The position numbers and the translations under genes are program-made. 64,000 bases of DNA from Phycisphaerae bacterium (GTDB lineage: Bacteria; Planctomycetota; Phycisphaerae; UBA1845; Fen-1342), in contig JASFQK010000005.1 of NCBI GenBank assembly GCA_050115495.1, forward strand, positions 64,001 through 128,000, given 5' to 3'. The notes beneath the pieces are model-generated. The model saw only the letters and a program-made list of their open reading frames with translations, was not told where the DNA came from and searched no databases. This document shows positions 34,774 to 44,137 of the stretch, one piece after another (within the stretch, counting starts at the first letter, position 1; each line of letters begins with the position of its first letter).

Positions 34774-36140
34774 GACCGGCTGTCCTCATCGGCGGCGGCT
34801 GGCTGCGTGGTCGTTGGCGCGGTGGTCGGGGCCGACGTCGGTGCAGATGTGGGCGACTCTGCCGCCGCGCCTTCGCCCGGCTTCTTGGCCTTCACCGGCG
34901 AGCCTTCCTTGAGCTGGTCGAGACTGCGATAGGGTCCGGTAATGACCTCATCCCCCGCCGACAGGCCGGCGACGATCTCCACGCCGGTGGCGTCGTTGAT
35001 GCCCGTTTCGACAAAGTGCGGGCGGGCCTTGCCGTCCTCAATGCAGAACACCACCTTGACGTACTCGGCCTGGCTCTGCCGCGTACCGGTTCCGTCGGCC
35101 TGGTGATAGGCGTCGTAGGCCTGGACGATCTCCGCGGGCAGGTCGGCCCGTTTGCGGTACACCACCGTCTCGACGGGAATGACGAGAGCCTGCTCGCGGC
35201 GAGCGACCTCGATCTCGATGTTCGCGGACATGCCCGGCTTGACCCGCTGATCCTGTCCGGTGATCAACACGAGCGTCTCGAACGTGACCACGTCGCGGCC
35301 GACCGGCTTGGTGCCCTTGGTGCCCACGCGCAGCACCTCGCCGGGAATGCTCCGCCGCGTGTCCGACTGGAGGTAGATGCGAGCCGTCTGCCCCGGTGCC
35401 ACCAGCGGGGCGTCCGCCTCGTCCACGCGGCAGCGGACCTGCATCTTCGACAGGTCGCTGATGACCATGATCCGCGTGCCGGGGTTGTTCATCGTACCGG
35501 TGATGACGACCTCGCCCGGCTCGGCGAAACGCTGCGAAACGACGCCGGTGAGCGGCGCGGTGATCACCGTCTTGGCCAGGTCCTCGCGGGCCGATTCGCG
35601 CAGGGCTTCGGCCTCGATCAGCTCCTGCTTGCGAATTTCGAGCAGGGCGCCGGCCTTGATCAGCGCCGTGCGGTAGTTGGCCAGCTCCATCGCCGACGTG
35701 GCGTGCGTCTCGCGAAGCTGCTGCTGCTGTTCCCAGTCGCGCTGCGCCTTCTCCAGATCGGCCTCGGCCTGCACGATGACCGCCTGCAGCTTGGCCACGT
35801 TCGCTTCGGCCTGGAGCACGCGGGCGCGGTAGTCGGCGTCGTCCAGCCGACAGACCAGGTCGCCCTGCTGCACGCAGTCACCTTCCTCCAGCGGCAGTTC
35901 GATGATCTTCGAGACGAGCTCGGAGCTGATGTCCACCTCGTCAAAGGCCTCGACCTCGCCGGGGGCCTGCACCGTGCGGAAGATCTCGCGCAGTTCCGGC
36001 CGGGTCGCCTCGACCTCGATCTCAAGCTCGCGGGCCACGTGCAGCAGGCTCTGCCCGTCCTCCGAGCGGACGACGCTGTTCAACACGCACAGGCCGCCCA
36101 CGATCACGCCCAGCGCGACGATGACAGCTACGGTCTTCAT
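34770..36140 (-). CDS. Efflux periplasmic adaptor subunit (MacA/HlyD family)
   Basis: N-terminal TM; EEGDCVQQGD lipoyl half; coiled coil; ITAPLTGVV; VDEAD. Confidence 0.92.
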   Translation of the reverse strand: MKTVAVIVALGVIVGGLCVLNSVVRSEDGQSLLHVARELEIEVEATRPELREIFRTVQAPGEVEAFDEVDISSELVSKIIELPLEEGDCVQQGDLVCRLDDADYRARVLQAEANVAKLQAVIVQAEADLEKAQRDWEQQQQLRETHATSAMELANYRTALIKAGALLEIRKQELIEAEALRESAREDLAKTVITAPLTGVVSQRFAEPGEVVITGTMNNPGTRIMVISDLSKMQVRCRVDEADAPLVAPGQTARIYLQSDTRRSIPGEVLRVGTKGTKPVGRDVVTFETLVLITGQDQRVKPGMSANIEIEVARREQALVIPVETVVYRKRADLPAEIVQAYDAYHQADGTGTRQSQAEYVKVVFCIEDGKARPHFVETGINDATGVEIVAGLSAGDEVITGPYRSLDQLKEGSPVKAKKPGEGAAAESPTSAPTSAPTTAPTTTQPAAADEDSRS

Positions 36141-36203
36141 GTCCTGCTCCACCAACGGCCGCCACCGGCTCCGGCGGGCTCAGCCCCGCCGACCGCCGGC
36201 AAC

Positions 36204-37013
36204 TCAGTTCGTCCCAACCCCGGCACCGGCGGTCACCGCCGCCGACGCCACCAGCAGCCCCATACGGACGCCGGACGCCACCAGGAAACACAATGTGCAC
36301 ACGACCCACGCCCGCCAGCCACGGAGCTGCGCCGTCGTCTTCAGCCCGATCACCACGAGCAGCCAGAACCACAGCCGAAACGGATCCACCGCCGCCAGCG
36401 ACCCGTAGATGGTCGCCACCGTGGTCGGCGAGGCCTGCGCGGGATCAACGAGATATCGAGTCAGCGGGGCGAGCGACGTGTACACCTCGAGCGTTGCGAA
36501 ATGCAGCATCAGCCCCAGTGTCAACAACAGCCGCATCACGTCCGCGAACGACGCCAGCACGCAGATGGTCAGCAACGTATGCCATTCCGGCTTGTGCCCG
36601 GTCAGGGCCACCGCCCCGTACAGCACCGCGGCGATCAGCAGCACCGAGGCCAGCGCCGTCGCCGGCTCGGCCCCGATCACCCGCATCCGCGCCAGCAGCT
36701 TCTTGAACTCCCCCATCTTGCGCTCCTGCGCGTACAGCTCACGCAGTTCCGAGCGCTCGGTCACGTCACGCTGCACGGCGTCGATCTGGGCGATGCTGGC
36801 CCGCACGCCGCGCTCCACCTCGCGGTCGATCAACCCGGTCTGCACCGTGGCGTAGCCGATCAGCGTCACCGTCGTCAGCAGGATCACCAGCGGCCAGCCC
36901 CAGGCCGGCACATCCTCGACGCGGGCGAACACCCGGCGCGGCGACAGGATCACCAGCGGGATATCCCGCAACCCGACCGTTCTGCGTCGCGTTGTGCTCA
37001 ACTGCGCCGACAA
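36204..37013 (-). CDS. YIP1 family membrane protein
   Basis: ILSPRRVF..WGWPL, DPFRLW; precedes the MacA/B genes; TATAAT on minus strand at 37102-37107. Confidence 0.8.
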   Translation of the reverse strand: MSAQLSTTRRRTVGLRDIPLVILSPRRVFARVEDVPAWGWPLVILLTTVTLIGYATVQTGLIDREVERGVRASIAQIDAVQRDVTERSELRELYAQERKMGEFKKLLARMRVIGAEPATALASVLLIAAVLYGAVALTGHKPEWHTLLTICVLASFADVMRLLLTLGLMLHFATLEVYTSLAPLTRYLVDPAQASPTTVATIYGSLAAVDPFRLWFWLLVVIGLKTTAQLRGWRAWVVCTLCFLVASGVRMGLLVASAAVTAGAGVGTN

Positions 37014-37193
37014 TGGATGGCTCGCTCAAGACACGCCGAGGCGTTCGACCTGCTGCAAGGCAGGAGGCGATTGCTTCCCACGGGCTGCCGAGACCGCCCG
37101 CATTATATGTCGCATCGCAACAGGTACCGTGGTATTCGTTCAACCCCCCACAACATTCCGCGACGGCCGACAAGTTCTGACAGCGTGCTCGCG

Positions 37194-37826
37194 CTACGCT
37201 CGCGTGTCCGGCAGCATCGTCCGCCGAATGTACTGGCTGTAGATCGCGCCGACCGGGTTATGGGCCAGCACGCGGTCTTTGGCGATGAGTGTCGTCACCG
37301 GCGCCGCCGAGACCATGCCGAAGATCGCGTCGTGCCCCACGCACAGCCCGCACAGGACGTTCAGCTCGGTGCCCGCCTCGTTGAGCAGCGTCGCCTGACC
37401 GGCGGGGTTGCACATCACCTCCGGGTCCTTCTCCGGCAGGATCTGCTCGAGCCCCAGCACGTCCTTCGGAATGCCGCACGCCTTGCAGCACACCGAAACC
37501 ACGTCGAACTCCGTCCCCAGGATCTCGGCCACCACCGCCGCCTCGTCGGCCAACCCGACGCAGAACGCCAGCCCCAGCCGCCGCAACCCCAGCTCCCGTG
37601 CCAGCAGGATCACCTCGCGCAGCCGCGGCTCCCGGCAGTAGTGCCGGGCCTCGATCGCCGACGCCGCCCGGTGCAGCTTCGCCAGCAGCGGATCGCCGTA
37701 CAGGGCCTGCTGCGCCTCGGCCGCCCCGAAGCAGTCCTGCCCGCCGCGGCACTCTTTGCTCCCGCAAGCCGCACATCGCGGCCCCGCACCGGACTTCTTC
37801 GCTCCGCGTTCGCTCGCCTGGCTCAT
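37194..37826 (-). CDS. DUF1847 domain Cys-rich metal-binding protein
   Basis: GLAFCVGL, VCCKAC, MCNPAGQA, GLCVGHD, KDRVLAHNP. Confidence 0.88.
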   Translation of the reverse strand: MSQASERGAKKSGAGPRCAACGSKECRGGQDCFGAAEAQQALYGDPLLAKLHRAASAIEARHYCREPRLREVILLARELGLRRLGLAFCVGLADEAAVVAEILGTEFDVVSVCCKACGIPKDVLGLEQILPEKDPEVMCNPAGQATLLNEAGTELNVLCGLCVGHDAIFGMVSAAPVTTLIAKDRVLAHNPVGAIYSQYIRRTMLPDTRA

Positions 37827-37922
37827 GACGTCTCCGTAAACACCACCCGCGATACCACGTCTGCGCCGCATTCTACCGTCTTCGCGCTGCCATCGTGGCC
37901 GCGGCCCGCCGGACGTCCTACA

Positions 37923-39293
37923 ATGCCTACCGAGATGCCCGACAGGAAGCGTCAACCCGGCCTCAGCCCGGATCACCTGGCCGCCATCCTTGACTCGGTC
38001 GCCGACGGCGTCTTCACCGTCGACCCCGACTTCGTCATCACCAGCTTCAATCGCGCCGCCGAGCGGATCACGGGCTTCACCGCCGAGGAGGCAGTTGGCC
38101 AGCATTGCTACAACGTCTTCCGCACGAACATCTGCCAGTCCGGCTGCCTACTGGACCAGTCGATCCGCACGAGCGAGCCGATCAGCGGTCTCGAGCTGAC
38201 CATCCTCAACCGCGACAACCGCGAGGTGCCAATCAGCGTCTCCACCGCCGTACTGCGCGACCGCGACGGGCGGGTCATCGGCGGTGTCGAGACCTTCCGC
38301 GACCTCTCCGCCGTCCAGGAGCTCCGTCGCGACATCGGCCAGCGCTACCGCCTGCACGACCTGGTCAGCAAGAACCACCGCATGCAGGACATCTTCGCCA
38401 TCGTGCCGGATGTGGCCCGCAGTGCGGCGGTCGTGCTGCTGCTGGGCGAAACCGGTACGGGTAAGGAGCTTCTGGCCCGGGCCATCCACCAGGAGAGCAC
38501 CCGCGCCGACGGCCCGTTCATTAAGGTCAACTGCGGCGCCCTGCCCGATACGCTGCTCGAATCCGAGCTCTTCGGCCACGTCGCCGGCGCGTTCACCGAC
38601 GCCCGCGCCGACCGCCCCGGCCGCTTCGAGCTCGCCGCCGGCGGGACGCTGTTCCTCGACGAGATCGGCGACACGTCGCCGGCCTTGCAGGTCAAACTGC
38701 TGCGGGTGCTTCAGGATGGGCAGTTCGAGCCAGTCGGCGCCAGTCAGACGCACACGAGCGACGCCCGCGTGGTCGCCGCCACGCACCGCGATCTCCAGGC
38801 GCTCGTGGCGGAGGGCCGCTTCCGCGCCGACCTTTACTACCGCATCAACACGATCCCGCTGACGCTGCCGCCGCTGCGCGATCGCTGGGAGGACATCCCC
38901 CTCCTGATCGAGCACTTCATCGAGCGTTTCAACCACCTCACCGGCAAGGAGGTTCACGGCGTTTCCGCGGACGCCCTGCGGCATCTGCTCGCCCACGACT
39001 GGCCCGGCAACGTGCGCGAGCTCGAACACGCCATCGAGCATGCGTTCGTGCTGGTCAAAGGCCCGACGATCGACACCGCTAATCTGCCTGAGTCTGCGCT
39101 GAACGGCGCCAGTCGGCCGCAATCTGCGCCGACCCCACCGGCCCGGGCGGGCAGCCTCGCCGACTCCGAGCGACAGGCTCTCCTGTCCGCGTTGGAGCGG
39201 AACCGATGGAACAAGCTCGCCGTCGCCCGCGAGCTGGGCGTCAGCCGGACGACGCTCTGGCGCAAGCTCCGCAAGCACGGCATCGTCGACTGA
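37923..39293 (+). CDS. Sigma-54-dependent activator (PAS-AAA+-Fis HTH)
   Basis: [51 protein letters not shown]; the real C-terminal part of the 1425-aa ORF call. Confidence 0.95.
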   Translation: MPTEMPDRKRQPGLSPDHLAAILDSVADGVFTVDPDFVITSFNRAAERITGFTAEEAVGQHCYNVFRTNICQSGCLLDQSIRTSEPISGLELTILNRDNREVPISVSTAVLRDRDGRVIGGVETFRDLSAVQELRRDIGQRYRLHDLVSKNHRMQDIFAIVPDVARSAAVVLLLGETGTGKELLARAIHQESTRADGPFIKVNCGALPDTLLESELFGHVAGAFTDARADRPGRFELAAGGTLFLDEIGDTSPALQVKLLRVLQDGQFEPVGASQTHTSDARVVAATHRDLQALVAEGRFRADLYYRINTIPLTLPPLRDRWEDIPLLIEHFIERFNHLTGKEVHGVSADALRHLLAHDWPGNVRELEHAIEHAFVLVKGPTIDTANLPESALNGASRPQSAPTPPARAGSLADSERQALLSALERNRWNKLAVARELGVSRTTLWRKLRKHGIVD

Positions 39294-39294
39294 T

Positions 39295-39403
39295 TGTTGC
39301 TAATATGAAACATTCAGTTGCATAACAGGTGAAACATTGATATCATATTGTTAATAAGATGGTTATGTTCAGACTTGTGTATGTGTGTTTCATAATAGAA
39401 ACA
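39295..39403. promoter_or_regulatory. Enhancer (UAS) palindromes TGTTTC-N6-GAAACA
   Basis: Perfect TGTTTCATAATAGAAACA 39386-39403; near-match TGTTGCTAATATGAAACA 39295-39312; half-site TGAAACA 39330-39336; AT-rich tract. Confidence 0.7.
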
Positions 39404-39481
39404 TCATGTCCACATCAGCTCATTCAGTACTCCGTGACGTAAATGCTTTTCTTTAAACATCTTAGGATCCAGAGCTGCGTC

Positions 39482-39497
39482 CGGCACGCCACGTGTA
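39482..39497 (+). promoter_or_regulatory. Candidate sigma-54 promoter (-24 GG / -12 GT variant)
   Basis: CGGCACG-CCAC-GTGTA versus consensus TGGCACG-N4-TTGCW; about 25 nt before the first ATG and about 80 bp downstream of the UAS. Confidence 0.55.
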
Positions 39498-39522
39498 ACC
39501 GTCATCGCCAGCAAGGTGCCCC

Positions 39523-39942
39523 ATGAAAGTGGCTGTTCCGTTGTTCAACCAGGAAGTCTCGCCCCGCTTCGGCTGCTCCAGCCATGTGCTCATCGCCGAC
39601 GTCGAGTCGGCGGGCGTGCAGGCCGAACGGGTCGAGGACCTCAGCCATCTGCCCCCGTGGCAGTGGGCGTCGTACCTGGCTCAGCAGGGCGTCACGACCG
39701 TCATTTGTGGCGGGATCCACCAACGATTCCAGGAGGCGTTCGCCGCCGCCGGCATCGAGGTGATCTGGGGTGTCATCGGGCCGGCGGCAGACGCCCTCGC
39801 CGCCCTGCGCCAGGGCACGCTTCAGCCCAACCAGTTCGTCTGTCCCGGCCGCCACGGGCGGCGCGGACACGGACGCGGGGCCGGGCGGGGCCGTGGACGG
39901 GGAGCGGGACGTCGGCCGCCGACAAGTGGACCTGTTACGTGA
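39523..39942 (+). CDS. NifB/NifX-family (FeMo-co biosynthesis domain) protein with Gly/Arg-rich tail
   Basis: MKVAVP..VSPRFG, VICGGI; C-terminal GRHGRRGHGRGAGRGRG. Confidence 0.85.
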   Translation: MKVAVPLFNQEVSPRFGCSSHVLIADVESAGVQAERVEDLSHLPPWQWASYLAQQGVTTVICGGIHQRFQEAFAAAGIEVIWGVIGPAADALAALRQGTLQPNQFVCPGRHGRRGHGRGAGRGRGRGAGRRPPTSGPVT

Positions 39943-39987
39943 TTGCGGCCGGGCGAGCGGCCGCGTCGAAGCGAAGGAGGTATGAAC

Positions 39988-40359
39988 ATGCCTGCTGGTG
40001 ATGGAACTGGACCGATGGGCGCTGGACCGATGACCGGTCGCGCCGCTGGGTATTGCGCTGGTTTCCCCTATCCCGGTTATGCGAATCCGATGCCCGGGCG
40101 TGGCGGAGGCTTTGGTCGGGGACGGGGGATGGGTCGCGGCATGGGCCGTGGATTCGGTCGCGGCTGGGGCCGCGGCTACGGGATGGGCGGCTTCCCGCAA
40201 TGGCCGGCCGTACCGATGACGCCACCGGTCTACGCCGCTCCGCCCTCCGCGGAGCAGGAAGCCGACATGCTGAAGGCTCAGGCACAACACCTCGAGCGCA
40301 GCCTCGCCGACATCCGCGCCCGCCTGGCTACCCTCGAATCCACGAAGGAAGGGACCTAG
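39988..40359 (+). CDS. DUF5320 family protein
   Basis: MPAGDGTGPMGAGPMTGRAAGYC, GRG repeats, C-terminal coiled coil; AAGGAGG RBS. Confidence 0.88.
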   Translation: MPAGDGTGPMGAGPMTGRAAGYCAGFPYPGYANPMPGRGGGFGRGRGMGRGMGRGFGRGWGRGYGMGGFPQWPAVPMTPPVYAAPPSAEQEADMLKAQAQHLERSLADIRARLATLESTKEGT

Positions 40360-40361
40360 GC

Positions 40362-40745
40362 ATGCCGCGCGGTATGGGCCGAGGAATGGGCGGAGGGGGC
40401 GGCGGTGGCCGTGGACGTGGAGGTGGTGGCGGCGGCGGTGGTGGTCGCGCCGCCGGCCGTGGCCGCCGCATGGGTGGTGGCCGCGGATTCGGAGCCGGTC
40501 GGGGCATGGGCTGCACGAGCTCGACGCCCCCGGCGCCCACGAACGCCGCGCCGGTGACAACCGACGTCCGTCGGCACGCCGTCGTGGACGGCGACCGCTG
40601 CAATCTGTGCGGCGCTTGCGAAGCCGTCTGCCCGTTCGAAGCCGTCAATCTCGGCGGTGACTTCGCCGTCGTGAATGCCGATCTGTGTCGCGGCTGTGGG
40701 GCCTGCGTGAGTGCCTGTCCGAACGAGGCCATTCGTCTGACCTGA
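40362..40745 (+). CDS. 2x[4Fe-4S] ferredoxin with Gly/Arg-rich N-terminus
   Basis: CNLCGACEAVCP and CRGCGACVSACP. Confidence 0.85.
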   Translation: MPRGMGRGMGGGGGGGRGRGGGGGGGGGRAAGRGRRMGGGRGFGAGRGMGCTSSTPPAPTNAAPVTTDVRRHAVVDGDRCNLCGACEAVCPFEAVNLGGDFAVVNADLCRGCGACVSACPNEAIRLT

Positions 40746-40774
40746 CGCTGCATCGCAAGGAGCGATTCGCCCTC

Positions 40775-41683
40775 ATGCAGACCTGCCTGGAATGTGTACC
40801 GTGCTTCGTCCGGCAAGCGCTGGATGCCTCGCACCTCGTCTCGAACGATCCGAGCATTCACGAGCGTGTGCTGCGCCAGACGCTGGCGCTGGCTGCGCAG
40901 CTCGACTTCCAGCAGTCGCCGCCCTGGGTGGGTCAGCAGATTCACCACTTCCTCCGCCAGGCTACGGTGTGCGACGACCCCTATCTGCCTGCCAAGCAGC
41001 AGGCGAACCAGTTCGCCCTGGCCCTGCGCCCGATGCTGGCCGAGCGTCTCGCCGAGGCGACCGACCCTTTCGCCCTTGCCACACGCCTGGCCATTGCCGG
41101 CAACATCATCGACCTCGGCTGCAAAACGCGCGTGCGTGACGAGGAGATCCGGCGGGCGGTCGAGGACGCCCTCCGCACGCCGCTCGATCCACAGGCCCTG
41201 GCTCGCTTCCGCGCCGCGGTCGACGCGGCGACGAAGATCCTCTACCTCGCGGACAACGCCGGCGAGATCGTTCTCGACGCGCTGCTCATCGCGAAGCTGC
41301 CGGTCGAACGAGTCACGGTCGCCGTGCGCGGCCGGCCCGTCATCAACGATGCCACGCGCGACGATGCGGCCGCCGCCGGCCTGACGGAGCTGGTGCCGAT
41401 CATCGACAACGGCAGCGACGTGCCGGGAACGATCCTCGCGTCGTGCTCGTCCGAATTCCGCCAGCAGTTCGCCCTGGCCGACCTGATCATCGCCAAAGGC
41501 CAGGGCAACTACGAGACACTGAACGACGTCGACCAGAACATCTGGTTTCTCCTCCAGGCCAAGTGCCCGGTTATCGCCCGGGACATCGGCTGTCCCGTGG
41601 GTCAGGCGGTGCTGTGCACCGGCTCGCGGAACCACACAGCCGGCACGCACTCCGCACTCTCACCGCAAGGAGCCAACGAATGA
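40775..41683 (+). CDS. DUF89 / ARMT1-like damage-control phosphatase
   Basis: ECVPC, DPY..K, IAGNIID, DNAGEIVLD, INDAT, KGQGNYETL, KC. Confidence 0.92.
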   Translation: MQTCLECVPCFVRQALDASHLVSNDPSIHERVLRQTLALAAQLDFQQSPPWVGQQIHHFLRQATVCDDPYLPAKQQANQFALALRPMLAERLAEATDPFALATRLAIAGNIIDLGCKTRVRDEEIRRAVEDALRTPLDPQALARFRAAVDAATKILYLADNAGEIVLDALLIAKLPVERVTVAVRGRPVINDATRDDAAAAGLTELVPIIDNGSDVPGTILASCSSEFRQQFALADLIIAKGQGNYETLNDVDQNIWFLLQAKCPVIARDIGCPVGQAVLCTGSRNHTAGTHSALSPQGANE

Positions 41684-41988
41684 AGATCGGTGTCGCCGCC
41701 GCAGACCAGACCCTGGACGCCCAGGTTTCCGAGCGTTTCGGGCGCTGCCCGTGGTTTCTGATCGTTGAGTCCGAGGACATGAGCTGCACGGCGCACCGCA
41801 ATCCCGCCGCCGACATGCCCGGTGGTGCCGGACCGGCGGCGGTGCAGGAGCTAATCCGGCTCGGCGCCCAGGTCGTCCTGGCCGGCGAGTTCGGGCCGAA
41901 GGCCGACCACGCATTGCGAGCGGCGAACATTCGCTTCGAGATCGCCAGCGGTCCGATCCGCGACGCGATCGCCAATCTCAAGCTCTGA
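41680..41988 (+). CDS. NifB/NifX-family protein
   Basis: RFGRCPWF, GGAG, GEFGPKA; ATG overlaps the upstream stop. Confidence 0.88.
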   Translation: MKIGVAAADQTLDAQVSERFGRCPWFLIVESEDMSCTAHRNPAADMPGGAGPAAVQELIRLGAQVVLAGEFGPKADHALRAANIRFEIASGPIRDAIANLKL

Positions 41989-41998
41989 GGAGTCTGCC

Positions 41999-42856
41999 AT
42001 GCAAGTGGCCATCGCCAGCGGCAAGGGCGGGACCGGCAAGACGACCGTCGCCGCCAACCTGGCCGTGCTCCTCGCCCGGCGCGGGCAGCACGTGCAGCTA
42101 CTCGATGCCGACGTCGAAGAGCCCAACAGCCACCTGCTGCTGCATCCGGAGATCACGCGGCGCGTGCCGGTGACGGTGCAGATTCCCGAGCTCATACCGG
42201 GCCGCTGCACGCGCTGCGGCGCTTGCGCCAGCGTGTGCCAGTACGGCGCGATCATGTGCCCGGACGGCTTCCCCATGATCTTCCGCGAACTGTGCCACTC
42301 CTGCGGCGGCTGTGCCCTGGTCTGCATCGAGCGGGCCATCGAGGAACACCCGCACGAGGTGGGCCAGCTCGAGTTCGGCGACGTAAACGGACTGTCCTTC
42401 GGACTCGGCCGGCTGAATGTCGGCGAGGCCCGAGCGGTGCCGGTGATCGACGCTCTGCGCGACCATGCCGCCACCGACGGGCTGGTGCTCATCGACGCCC
42501 CGCCCGGGGCGAGCTGCCCGGTGATGGCGGCGGTGAAGGGCTGCGACTTCGTCTGCCTGGTCGCCGAGTCGACCCCGTTCGGATTGCATGACCTGGATCT
42601 GACTGTGGCCCTGGCCCGCGAGTTGAAGCTGCCGATCGGCGTGATCGCCAACCGTGTCGGGATGGGCGACGACCGCGTGCAGGATTACTGCCGCGAGCGA
42701 CAGATTCCTATCCTCGGCGAGATTCCGGACGACTGCCGGCTGGCCGCCGCCCACGCCGAGGGCCATCTCGCCCTCGACGCCGTTCCCGACTTGGAGCAGC
42801 CGTTCGCCGTCGTCGCCGAAGCCATCCTGCAACAGGTGTCCCCGTGCGAGAGCTAA
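41999..42856 (+). CDS. MinD-superfamily P-loop ATPase with inserted ferredoxin domain
   Basis: ASGKGGTGKT, DADVEEPN, CTRCGACASVC, CHSCGGC, DAPPGASCP. Confidence 0.92.
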   Translation: MQVAIASGKGGTGKTTVAANLAVLLARRGQHVQLLDADVEEPNSHLLLHPEITRRVPVTVQIPELIPGRCTRCGACASVCQYGAIMCPDGFPMIFRELCHSCGGCALVCIERAIEEHPHEVGQLEFGDVNGLSFGLGRLNVGEARAVPVIDALRDHAATDGLVLIDAPPGASCPVMAAVKGCDFVCLVAESTPFGLHDLDLTVALARELKLPIGVIANRVGMGDDRVQDYCRERQIPILGEIPDDCRLAAAHAEGHLALDAVPDLEQPFAVVAEAILQQVSPCES

Positions 42857-43767
42857 CCATCATCAGTGGCAAGGGCGGCACGGGCAAGACGAGCCTGACC
42901 GCTTCGTTCGCGGCTCTCGCCGACGGCGCCATCCTCGTCGATTGCGACGTCGACGCTCCGGATATGCACCTCGTGCTCGAGCCCGACATTCAACGCCGCG
43001 AGTCATTCACCGGCGGAAAGAAAGCCCGGCTCGATCCGGATCGCTGCGGAGCCTGCGGGCGCTGCCTGGAAGTCTGCCGCTTCGATGCCATCACAGCCAA
43101 CGGCGACGGTGAACCACCCACGCTGAGCAGTCTCGCGTGCGAAGGATGCAGCGTGTGCGCCACACTCTGCCCGACGCAGGCCATCGAGATGATCCCGTCG
43201 ATCGCTGGCGAGTGGTTCATCTCGACGACTCGCCGCGGACCGATGGTGCACGCCTGTCTCGGCCCGGCACAAGACAACTCGGGCAAGCTCGTCGCGTTGC
43301 TGCGCCGGGAAGCTCGCACGCTGGCCCGCGCCGAAGGGCGCGAGCTGATCCTCTCCGACGGCCCGCCGGGCATCGGCTGCCCGGTGATTGCCTCGCTCGG
43401 CGGCACGAGTCTCGTGCTGATCGTGATCGAGCCGACCGTCTTCGGCCTGCACGATTTCGAGCGGGCCCTGGAGCTGACCCGCCGGTTCAAGATCCCCACC
43501 GTCGCCTGTCTCAACAAGGCCGACCTGCACCCGGGTCTCGCCGAACGCGTCGCCGCCCGCACCGCCGAACTCGGCGTCGACCTGCTCGGCCGCGTCCCCT
43601 ATGATCCAGCAGTCGTCCGCGCCCAGTTGCAGCGGCGAAGTGTCGTCGAGACTGGCGACGGCCCCGCGGCCACGGCCATCCGTGACCTGTTCGACAAGCT
43701 GCTCGCCCGGCTCGAGGATGCACCGTTGCCGACGGCCGCCAGCAGGTTGCCCATGAGCCAAACGTAG
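42844..43767 (+). CDS. MinD-superfamily P-loop ATPase with inserted ferredoxin domain (second subunit)
   Basis: SGKGGTGKT, DCDVDAPD, CGACGRCLEVC, CEGCSVCATLCP, NSGKLV, DGPPGIGCP. Confidence 0.92.
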   Translation: MRELTIISGKGGTGKTSLTASFAALADGAILVDCDVDAPDMHLVLEPDIQRRESFTGGKKARLDPDRCGACGRCLEVCRFDAITANGDGEPPTLSSLACEGCSVCATLCPTQAIEMIPSIAGEWFISTTRRGPMVHACLGPAQDNSGKLVALLRREARTLARAEGRELILSDGPPGIGCPVIASLGGTSLVLIVIEPTVFGLHDFERALELTRRFKIPTVACLNKADLHPGLAERVAARTAELGVDLLGRVPYDPAVVRAQLQRRSVVETGDGPAATAIRDLFDKLLARLEDAPLPTAASRLPMSQT

Positions 43768-43796
43768 TATTGAACCCGACCATTCGGAGACTGAGT

Positions 43797-44135
43797 ATGC
43801 GACTCGCCATTCCGTGTCAGGACAGCCAGATTTGCGAACACTTCGGCCACGCCCCGCAGTTCATCTTCTTTGAGGCGGATCCGGCGACGGGCCAGATCAC
43901 GGGCGAAGAAACGATCGACGCACCGCCGCATCAGCCGGGGTTGCTGCCGCGCTGGCTCGCCGAGCAGGGCGCGAACGTCATTCTCGCTGTCGGCATGGGC
44001 GGCCGGGCGCTCGAGCTGTTCGCCCAACACGGTGTGCAGGCGGTCACCGGCGTCGTGACGCGCGACCCGCGTGAGGCAGCCCAGCAGTACCTGGCCGGCA
44101 GCCTCGCCAGCGGAAAAAACGTCTGCGATCACTAG
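43797..44135 (+). CDS. NifB/NifX-family protein
   Basis: CEHFGH, PPHQPGLLPRWL, GMGGRA, NVCDH end. Confidence 0.9.
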   Translation: MRLAIPCQDSQICEHFGHAPQFIFFEADPATGQITGEETIDAPPHQPGLLPRWLAEQGANVILAVGMGGRALELFAQHGVQAVTGVVTRDPREAAQQYLAGSLASGKNVCDH

Positions 44136-44137
44136 CC

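Noticed and set aside
35016..37922. 1425-aa ORF 35016-39293 as one giant protein
   Set aside because: Only the part from about 37923 is a recognisable PAS-AAA+-Fis activator; the rest is the antisense shadow of the adaptor, YIP1 and DUF1847 genes
39523..44135. Nitrogen fixation cluster
   Set aside because: Only NifX-like domains; no nifH/D/K/E/N or radical-SAM NifB
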